Origin: Geosiphon pyriformis uo1
Lineage: Eukaryota > Fungi > Glomeromycota
Assembly (NCBI GenBank): GCA_016748015.1
Contig: JAAOMT010000198.1
Span: 170,797 to 234,796, forward strand
Reading direction: 5' to 3'
DNA length: 64,000 bases
Below the pieces are notes generated by a model. The model was not told where the DNA came from and ran no database searches. It worked only from the letters and a program-made list of their open reading frames with translations. Below are positions 54,019 to 64,000 of this stretch, one piece after another (the first letter of the stretch is position 1; each line of letters begins with the position of its first letter). A program made the position numbers and the translations under genes.

Positions 54019-55313
54019 TTAATAAGGTGACCGAGGACGCGGGTAAGGATCGTAACGAGCTGTTGGCGGAGGGCGACGATCTCGATCATAAGCTCTATCA
54101 TAGGTTCGGTCGTATCCACGCTCGTATCCACGATCATATCCACGATCATAATAAGCTCTATCATACGCACGATCATAATAAGGATCACGTCCGTAACCTC
54201 TAAGTGGTCTCTCATAACGATCGTATGGCCTATATTCATATCTAGGATCAAATCTGTCAACTCGACGACTTTCTAAAAACCATGAAATAAATTTATTGTA
54301 TTGGTTTTATTTGCTCGAAATCTGAGGAAAAAAGAACTGAGAGCCAAACCATGTTCTTTACCTCTACGTTTAGGTGGGCCGTAGTATCGACCAGGTGTTG
54401 GGGTCCTAGCCTTGGAGCGGCGAGCCTTTTTAAGTATAAAAAGATGTTAAAGTCATTTATGATTTGTTTCTGAGTTGACATTTAAGGGAAGGGTAGCCTA
54501 CTTTTTCAACGGTGATAACACGTCCGTGTATTTCTGTACCACTGAGGCCTTCTCTCGCGGCATCAGCTTCGTCAGTTGTGTCCATGGTTACAAACCCAAA
54601 CCCACGAGATTCACGTGAATGCGGATCATACATGATTTGAGCTTTAGAGACCTTTTTAGGAATTTTGTAAACATTATCGCTTAAATATGGTGATAATAAT
54701 TGATTTAAATTTTTCTTAGAAAGTTAAAATGATCATTACCTTGCCATACTTTGTAAAGTATTCTTCCAAATCACGATCTTCAGTTCTGATCGATAACCCG
54801 GTAACAAAAAGGTTATTACCGGGGTTCACATCTTCTTCCTCCGAGCTTCTACTATTAACGAAAGTTTTAGGAATAGCTCTAAAACTAAGTTGCAATTAAA
54901 TCTTTGTCTAGTAAATCACAAAAATACCTTCTTTCTCGGGAAGAACGAGCCCTACGGGGAGACCTTGAATGAGATCTGCTTGTACTTCTCCTATCATCAC
55001 GTCTGTCGCTATGACGGTCATCATGCCTGTCATCATGGTGGCGATCACGGTGTCTATCCTCGCGGTCATCTCGGTGCCTATCTTCAGCATTATGTCGGTC
55101 ATGATGCCTATCATCAAGACCACCTGGCGAGAAACTATCAGAACCATTTGCAGCTAACAACATAAGACAATTTTCAAAAAAATGGAGCATTATTAATTTT
55201 TCAAAATTTCCAGTACTTTTGTGAATTTTAAATTAAACGATCTTGTCGTCATCATCAGAAAAAAGATTTTTCAAGGGTTCATAGCGATGCAACATACCGT
55301 CTGCTTCACTCAT
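54019..55313 (-). CDS. Tra2/SR45a-like RRM splicing factor, multi-exon
   Basis: RS/RD repeats flanking RRM NPGNNLFVTGLS..SRGFGFVTM..ITVEKARR; RTPTPGRYYG; ends PRSPY*. Confidence 0.88.
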
Positions 55314-55856
55314 ATTTCTCAGCAAAAGTTTAAAGAAGCTATTAAAATAATTATATCAAGAGTGTGATAAAAGTTTGTAGGTGAACTTTCAGTTTTTCAA
55401 AGCTTTTTATGTAAAAAAAGCTTTACAAACAAGAAATTGTGTAGTTTGGAGAAAAGCAGACCCCAAAATAGTTTTTGAAACAAAGGGAAAAAATGATAGC
55501 AGAATTTATTATTCCACTCGCCGAAAATCGATACTGTAATGGTAGTATAGTAGGCGACGTGGGTGCTACAGGCTTCTGTTTGTATTAGGATTCTTGTTCT
55601 GATTTGTGTGATATCAATGATTGATCTGCAAGATGATAAGATGATGCTGTTAGATGGAAGGTTCTTTAAATCACTCTATATCACTCTATGAAAGAATTTT
55701 TTTTTTAATCCCAAGTCCCAGTGTGTCACATACACCCATTTAGAAACTATGGTTACAAAATCAATTATTTTCACTCTCTAAGTCATAATAAACATTTCAA
55801 TTTAAATTTTGAGCTAAAAATTTTATTTCAGCCTCCTTCTTTTAAAGATGAAAATA

Positions 55857-56691
55857 TTATGATGTATTTTTTTGAAAGTAATTGATCGATGTATTTTTAC
55901 ATGATTTTTTAAAATGTTTGAAGGTAGCTTTAGCAGCTGGAAGTAGCATTACAAAATTCTCTTTCCACCATCGCTTATTATAAGCCATTTGACGTTCATA
56001 AGCTTTGTCTAAAAATTCTTTATAGAATAAAGACATTTCTGAAGGTGTTGGCTTTTCACCAGTTTTTTTTATGACTAAACACACGATAAAAGGGTATCAG
56101 CATACGAATTTAAATAATTCAGTAAAAGAGATTAGTTTGTTTATATGTCATTTTCATTTTTTAGAATAATCCAATATTGAAGTTGTTATTCACTTACTTT
56201 GATTTTCAAATTCCTGTTTCTCCAAAATGAACAACTGATTATTACTTGACCAAAATTGCTGATTAAATCGGTCAACACGTTCTCTATGTAATCTCCAATC
56301 ACGATCCTTAAGATAATTTTATTAATTGAAAATACAAAACGTTAATAGTAACAGCAATCTTGAACAAAAGTTACCTCATTTGATTCTTTTTCCGCTATAT
56401 AATATTTAATGGGTCGCAGATTTGAAACCAAGTCAGGCGTACCAACAAAGTCTGATTTGGTAGAATTTGCATACTCGAAGGAAAAGAACTCCTTACTCTT
56501 AGCAAAATTTCCAACTATTTTAAGAGTCGCCAACGAAGGGAGAGTAAATATACATGGATTTTCCCTTTTTTTATCAAATTATTTTTCTAATTTAATGATA
56601 TTTTACCTTGGACCACAGTTGAAGGGTGATGTAGATTTTTAGGAGCGAACGCATACTTTAGTCGAAAGAAACCGCGCAAGGAATTGAGCAT
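55857..56691 (-). CDS. COA8: Cytochrome c oxidase assembly factor 8 (APOPT1 family)
   Basis: Presequence-like MLNSLRGFFRLK; DFVGTPDLVSNLRPI, FNQQFWSSNN, EMSLFYKEFLD..YNKRWWKENF. Confidence 0.85.
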
Positions 56692-57059
56692 CTACAAACC
56701 GGCCATTAGCTGACTCGTTTTGCTTATACCGCAAGATTTGTGATATCTGCTCTCAAAAATAAAAAGGACCAACTGTTTTGGAGAGCCAACGAAACTCCAT
56801 TGTTCGTTTTCAATATGCTTGATTTGAACATTGAAAAGTTGGATTATAGTAATAGGAAGTAAAAATTATTAAAAATACTCGAGATCAATTTATATTAATT
56901 GTTTCTGGAATGACCAGAATCTTTCCCGAACGGATTACGGTTATTTTATGGGTGCCATACACTCGGATGGAATATGATTCGCTTTCATTAGAATTTCCTA
57001 AGCTCCTAAAATATTAATAACCATGGATCGACTTGTTCAAAGAAATCGCGAAGTACACA

Positions 57060-60000
57060 ATGTCAATAGAACAAAACACACTATTAAGACGTCCAAGAGG
57101 AGGTGCTAGTCAAGAGCAATTTCAACCCTTCATATCAACTGCATTTATAAGTGCACCGACACAAAGACTTTGTGCCCTCTCTGCTTATGTTGTTATTTGG
57201 GCGATAAAAGTTTATCACTTGTTTCTTGGGGAGGTGTTTTTAGCTTCAAACTTACTTTCCTGTTGTGCCTTGGACTTGGTTTTTTTTGTGGTGCTGTGGG
57301 CCCTTCGAATACCGTGGCTTCAATTCCGGGGCCCATCCTTATTGCTTATCATTATATCCTCTTGTTTCCTGAATTTGACCTTATTTCATCCCCGCTGGGT
57401 AAGTTTTTCTTTGGGCTTAATTCGAAACTACTCTAGTCTTTATTTGGCACTAAAAGAGCGGTGAAAATTTAAATCAATTTCTCATAAATAAATCTGCTTT
57501 AATGTACATCTACCTATCCAACCTCTTTCATCATTACTCTTTCGAAAGCCGATTGATGTGGGATTGACTGCACCTATTAAAAATTTGGCGAGTTGGGGAC
57601 CGATTTTTCGTAAGTTGATCATAATAATATATTCCTTCTGACAACAAATGTTTTTATAACTCTGAACCCTCTGACGCGTAACGTGAGCAAATCCCTGGCA
57701 AGCCAGGATAATTCCCTTCTGATTTGCATTGCCTGAATCAAAGCACTGCGCAGATTTAAGCACTCCTGTTATTGACAAACTAAATGGTTAAATAGTCCGG
57801 CAGCAATTCGCCAGATTTTGGGGCGATAAAGTGCGTGCTGTCAGCTCAGAAGATATCATCAAGATTAATGGTAAGGTTTCCTACTTATTAATTCAGTTCG
57901 TTGTCCTCCTTTACTCGTGTTCAATATTTAATATCTGTAAAGATGTCAGATTCAATTCCTCTCACATTAAGGGGAAGCACACTGTTCGATTTCTTCCTTT
58001 TGCGACGGCCAAAATCAATCCTGATGATTCCAAGCTCTGTTTGCAGAGGAAACCTCCACCAAAAAAATCAACCTCAACTGTTAATATTCCCATACTTTTT
58101 AACAAAACCATTCCAAGGGTCATTGAATATTCTCGCGTTGACCCTGAATCTGGAATCAAGATCCTACATAATTTTACTAAAAGAGATATAGAACTGCACA
58201 GAATCATTGACAAAATACAAAATATAGCCTACGTGTTTATCCCTGTACAAGAACCGGGGGTTTATCGTCTTGAACAGGCCTGGGATTGGGATTGGATTAA
58301 TATTAAACTTTACCGACGCGAGGAAATAATTGCCTATTGTCCCGATGGCAGATTTTCTTCTGATGTTGGCCCAGACAGATGTCTTGACGATATTATTCCT
58401 GTTGAATTGATTTTACAAGGTGTTCCTCCTTTCAATGTTTACTATGAGCGAATTATAGGCGATACAACCGTCAATATGACAATTGATGGGATAACACCCG
58501 AAAATGACGTTGTTCCAATTCGAAATTCTCAAGCTCCAGTATCGGCTGGGTATCAATGGGCTCGTGACCAAACAGTTAAACTTCCGATGAATTTGACATC
58601 AGAAACAGCCACTGAATACTCTTTAAAAATATTGCATGTTCGGGACTTCTTCAATAACACTCAAACCTATATCAATAGGAAAGACACTAGTGACGTTATA
58701 AAATTTTTGGTTCACCCTCGTCCTTCAGCAAGGTTTCAATCTGATTCAACAATTAAAATCAAGCCCGGAGATTCCCCTAACATAGCAGTGGATTTACATG
58801 GCCAAGGTATGATGAAATAGAAACTTTTTTCTTTAGATATTTTGCACTCCTGATGCTGAGATAATCATTATATTATTTCTGCTGTCTTTTTCTCGAGCAG
58901 GCCCTTGGCGACTTCTAGTTGGATATTGGGCCGAAGATATTTCCCAAGGATCTGATAGCACTTCCACCAATACGAATGATACCCTCGAGTTTTTCTTGGA
59001 AAAACCTTCTGATGATATGATTACTGTAAAAAAACCAGGCCTATACAAATTACTCTCTGTTTCAGATGCTTTCTGTCCAGGTCAGATCTTGGCACCCTCT
59101 AGCTGTATTGTATTGGAAGTTCTTCCTCCCTCTGTCAAACTTGAATCAATTCCAATACCCGCTGGAGATTGTCCTGGGGAAATCGGCTTAGAAGTAATCA
59201 TGACACTTACTGGGTCACCTCCATGGTAATAACGTAGAATAAAAATTGGATCTTTTATTAAATGTATTTCTCACACTAGTTTTTTCAGGTTGCTCGAGTA
59301 CTCGATTGTACATGAGGGCAAAGAAAGATCTATTCCCGTTCACATATTTAAATCCCGCCACTCCTTTACCATCCAACCAGAAACTTCAGGTCAACACGAT
59401 TACAAATTCAAGCGTTTAAGTGACTTCTATTACCGAGAAGGTATAGAAATCGGTCATACAGTGTCTCAGGTTGTTCATCCCAAACCTGATGCTATTCTTC
59501 GAGCTATACCTGGTAATCAATTGAACACCTGTGTGGGTAGTCAGGTGGATTTGGATGTCAAATTCTCAGGAACAGGGCCATTCACGTTGACGTTAGTCAT
59601 CGACTTCTTTTTTACTTTTAACTGACATGGTATTATAATTCATTATTTTATTAATATCTTCATACTTTTTATTAGATATGATGTACTGTTCAATCGTCAA
59701 AAGAATATATTCACAATTGGTGATATTCAAGGACCATATTATGTTATTACCTCCCCACCTTTCGATAATCCCGGCACATATACAGTAACTCTGGAAAAAA
59801 TAAAAGATTCAAAGGGTTGCAGTAAAATTCTGAAAGCTTCAGACGATATTATCATAAATGTTATGAAAGAGAGACCTTCGGTGGGATTTAGATTGGAAAA
59901 TGAAGTTGTTACTTTTCTTGAAGGCGATTATGTTGATTTGCCGCTTCAACTCACTGGGAATCCATCATGGGAAGTGTCTTATCGATACCATGCCAGCATA

Positions 60001-61574
60001 GACAAAGATATAACTATTGTACAACTAGAGGATCCGAACTCCCATCTGAAGGTTAACCAACCAGGGCAATACGAGCTATTAGAGGTTAAAGACCTTTATT
60101 GTTATGGGAAAGTAATTCCTGAATTAAAATACGCCAATGCTAGCTGGCTGCCTCGACCCATCTTAAACATAGCCGAAGGTGAAGCCGAGCTCTTAAAACC
60201 AGGATTTTATCAAAGAAGAAATGTATGTGAAGGGACTGAGGATAGTGTAGGCGTAATTTTGCAAGGTCGAGCTCCTTGGAGTCTAGAATATAGAATCCAG
60301 GCAAATGGCAATTATTCACAAAAACGAGAAGTCGTAGGTGGTTCAACAACTCGAATTCCTCTGCTTACCAAGTTACCTGGAAGATACCTTTACGAATTTC
60401 AAAAATTATCAGATGATATATACACTACACCACACAACATATCTTTGACACTTGAACAAATTGTTATTAAAAATCCAAGTGCAAAATTTTTGCCTCGGAA
60501 AAGAGATTTTCATCATTGCGTCGGCAATGCTTTGAGTGAGGAAGAATCATTAGTTGTTGAACTTGAGGGCATGACCCCCTTCACTGTTTTATTTGAAATT
60601 AGACATCAAAGTAGTAACCAGGTCGAAACTGTAACTGTTGACGAAATTTATACTACAACTTTAAAATTTCGTCCAAGGACGAAATTCCCATTGATTGGAA
60701 AGTATACGATCACTATACTTCATATTATCGATTCACACCATTGTGGACAAACTCCAGAAGGCCCTGATGTCAAATTGGAGTTGAATGTTTCTGATCTTGC
60801 TTCAATTGAGAGATTATTTTCTCCAGAGATTCATTGTGTTGGTGATTTATTAGTGTATTCTTTGAAGGGTAACTTCCATTTTTTTTTGATTTCTCGGTTT
60901 CCATTTTTCGTTTTTAATAAAATTTTACGTTCTCTTGGCCTACAGGAAGTCCCCCATTTAATATAACTTACACATATAACGGTGAAATCAAATACGCCTT
61001 CTCAGAAACTTCCGTGTTTACTTTTGGTGCTGATAAGCCAGGAAATATGACCATCACTAAAGTATGTCAACAGGCAGATATGTGCTGTGGATATCCTGTT
61101 GACTTCAATGAAGTAATTTATGATCTTCCAACCGCAATTGTTTCGGAGGGCAAAGATATTATCTCGGACATAAGAGAAGGGGATAAAACCGAAATTATCG
61201 TCAACTTTCTGGGTGAGTATACGCAAATTTTTCATTTCTTCATTTTATCATTTCCAATTATAATGTTATCTGCCTATATATATATAGGAATACCACCTTT
61301 TCGCTTCACCTACACTCGTAGTGAAATATTACCAAACGGAAAAAAGGGAAGACCTGGTCGAGTAATTGAAACACAAGATATAATTAATGTTCGTGGATAT
61401 CAACATTCCATATTTACAGCACAACAAGGTAAATTCTTATAAACCTATGATCAAATTTCAAAGATTCAAAAGGCTAAACACTCATTTATTAACATAGGTG
61501 TATTCCAAGTGACCCATGTAGCGGACAAATATTGTGAATATCCACGTGATATTAATAAAAATCATCTAGACTAG
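57060..61574 (+). CDS. POM152: Nuclear pore membrane protein Pom152, multi-exon
   Basis: ISAPTQRL, LRIPWLQF TM region, HIKGKHTVRFLP, repeated Ig-like units (G.PP(F/W)..Y, Y.L..V.D..C.G), ends VADKYCEYP. Confidence 0.9.
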
Positions 61575-61956
61575 ATTATTATATTAGCTAATTGAAACCT
61601 AAATTGGGAACAGTAGCCGTTTCTTTCCAAAACTTGATGAAATTAATCACTGGAATAAGATCCTAACATCTCAAGATTTTCTAGGGATTAATTATTTACT
61701 AAATTTAAAATTAACATACTGTCAAAATTAAATAAAGAAGCCATGAGTTTGATCGCAAGAGTCAAGTTAAATTCTAACACCTAATTTATCTACTTTTAAT
61801 TTAGTAAACATTCAATTTTCTAACTAATTCATCTCCATAAATATATTTAAAAAATCTCGCTATGTATAGTTTTGGATTTATAATAAAAATGCATATACAA
61901 TAAAATTCATCACATCAATTAGTCTGATTGGTTTTTAAAGTCTTCCAGATGGCAGA

Positions 61957-64000
61957 CTAGTTGCCATTTCTCCTAGCCATGTGGACAATATCGGAAAATG
62001 ATTTTTTGTTGCCAAGAGAGTTTTTTCTTGGTTTTCGGAGTGCAGAAAACACTGCAAGTTGATTGCGATGTTTAATTTCCTTACGAACATCCGTAATGGC
62101 AGATTCCCATCTCATCTCAGAATGGGTGACCAAAGGTTTCCGTTCTTCGTTGAGAATGGCGTCGGGGACACAGCTATTTGGAAGGAAACGAATGATTATG
62201 CCGACTGGGATTGAAAGGAATCCGATAAGTACGGTAGTAATCCATTGATACAAATTAAGACTTGTAGTTCCAAACGCCACACCACCATATTGGACAATAA
62301 AGAATTGTCCAGCAATGACGACAATCTGAATTATAATAAAAACGTGATTGTGCAATATATTATGGAATATATTCAAGTGATCATCGATTCGTCGGCAATT
62401 AAGTTCATTGAACACTTGTAGAAAAACGAACGTATTAAAAACAAGAGTTCTAAGCACAATTTTATCGTGCTTGCTATCGTCGAGATGGAATATTGCAGGT
62501 CCCTGATTAAGGAGGGCTAAATTGATGAAAATCTGGAAAGTGGCCTGTCCGATAATCATTTTCCACATACGATAACTAATTAAGGAAGCCGTCTTTTCCG
62601 TTGGATACCGGTTAAGGAGTTCATCGGTAGGTGGTTCGGTAGCTAATGCAAGTGCAGCAAGAGTGTCCATAATAAGATTGACCCAAAGAAGTTGCACAGC
62701 AGAAAGCACTGATTCATTATCGTCGCTCAAGACAGCACTGGTGAAGGAAAGGACTACGGCTGTGATGTTGACGGTAAGTTGAAATTGTAAAAACTTTCGT
62801 ACTGAATCATTGACTGCACGACCCCATCTCAAAGCATTGACGATAGAATTGAAGTTGTCGTCCATTAAAATAATCGAGGAAGCTTCTTTTGCAACCTCAG
62901 TACCAGTTATCCCCATACTGAAACCAACGTCTGCCATTTTCAAGGCGGGACCATCATTTGTGCCATCCCCAGTAACTGCTACAACTTCGTTCAGTTCCTG
63001 CAAGCACTTGACCACAATTGTTTTATCAGTCGGAGACGAGCGAGCAAGCACTTGGAGACGTGGTACCATCTTTATTTGCTCCTCATGAGAAAGAGCACGA
63101 AATTCTGGGCCAGTAATTGCAATCCCTTTGTTATAAATTCCAGCTTCTTTAGCAATAGCTTTAGCAGTAGCAATATTGTCTCCCGTAATCATCCTCACAT
63201 AAACGCCAGCCTTCCTGAATGCTTCGACAGATTTAATAACACCTGGACGTAAAGGATCTTGTATTCCAACAATTCCTAAACAAATCAAGTTATCATTCGG
63301 AGGGTTTTCGTCATCAAATTTTGCAAACTCAGCACCAGATACTTCACGATAAGCGAGGCAAATTGTGCGCAGAGATTTGTTCGCAAAGTTAGTTATGATT
63401 GTGTCAAACTTTGATCTTGCTTGCTCATCCAACTTTTTGTTACTTCCATCACCTTCAACGTATTCAGTGCAAGAAGCCAATACAATCTCTGAGGCTCCTT
63501 TGACGTAGATACGGTATTCCGCGTTATCACTGGACGAAATTTTGACAACAGTTGTCATGGACTTTTTCTTTGAGGCAAAAGGATAGACTTTAACAACTTC
63601 TAAAGAGTTCCTTATTTCTCTATAATCTACGCCAAGATCTTTGCTAAATCCAAGCATAGCACACTCGGTTTTGGAGCTTACAAAAATGTGATTGAATTAG
63701 TACAAGTCATAGTTTAATACAAAAAGATCAACCATTTTGAACTAAAGACATACCCAATAAAATCCACCTTGTCATTTTCATCTTTCCCTTCGAAGGCCGA
63801 GGAATTAATGGCTATAGCTTCCATAATGAGGTTGAAAGTCGAGGGATTGACTTGTTTTTTCCATTCGGGTATCTCTGATTGACTTTCGAAAGTCTTTTGA
63901 GCAAGAACACCTTGTACAACTGTCATCTTATTTTGAGTCAATGTGCCGGTCTTGTCAGAGCAAACCGCAGTAGCGTTACCCATTGTTTCGCTGTTTGAAT
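61957..64000 (-). CDS. PMC1: P-type IIB Ca2+-ATPase (PMC1/PMCA), 3' part; 5' end outside window
   Basis: CSDKTGTLT, KGASE, MITGDN, TGDGTNDGPAL, QLLWVNLIMDTLAALALATE. Confidence 0.95.

Noticed and set aside
53799-55165. M/I/D- and H-rich alternative-frame ORFs
   Set aside because: Off-frame or antisense readings of the RD/RS repeats of the Tra2-like gene.

Overview
AT-rich, intron-rich fungal nuclear DNA. The gene set and repeat families point to Glomeromycotina, possibly Geosiphon-like; this is an inference from recognised protein families, not a search result. Host genes: HECT E3 ligase, Ded1-like DEAD-box helicase, EB1/Bim1, Ime2/MAK kinase, PEX22-like, QWRF/augmin-8-like, dienoyl-CoA isomerase, CIA2/MIP18, Tra2-like SR protein, COA8, POM152 and a PMC1 Ca-ATPase. 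These are interleaved with decayed retroelements: a Ty3/gypsy 5' end, a solo LTR of the same family, two near-full L1-like LINEs with RNase H and a short LINE 3' fragment. Two signals are hidden in the ORF track. (1) At 6110-8879, 113 bp after the stop codon of an intact Crinkler REase-kinase gene, two intronless, operon-spaced genes read through only if TGA=Trp (genetic code 4). One is a eukaryote-type Sola-like DDD transposase; the other is a membrane-anchored HAD-like protein. This looks like Mollicutes-related endobacterial (MRE) DNA in the host nucleus carrying a eukaryotic transposase recoded to the bacterial code, i.e. a candidate fungus-to-endobacterium-to-fungus round trip. (2) At 22841-24000 there is a deletion-riddled IS607-type element (serine recombinase plus TnpB/Fanzor2 RNA-guided nuclease).
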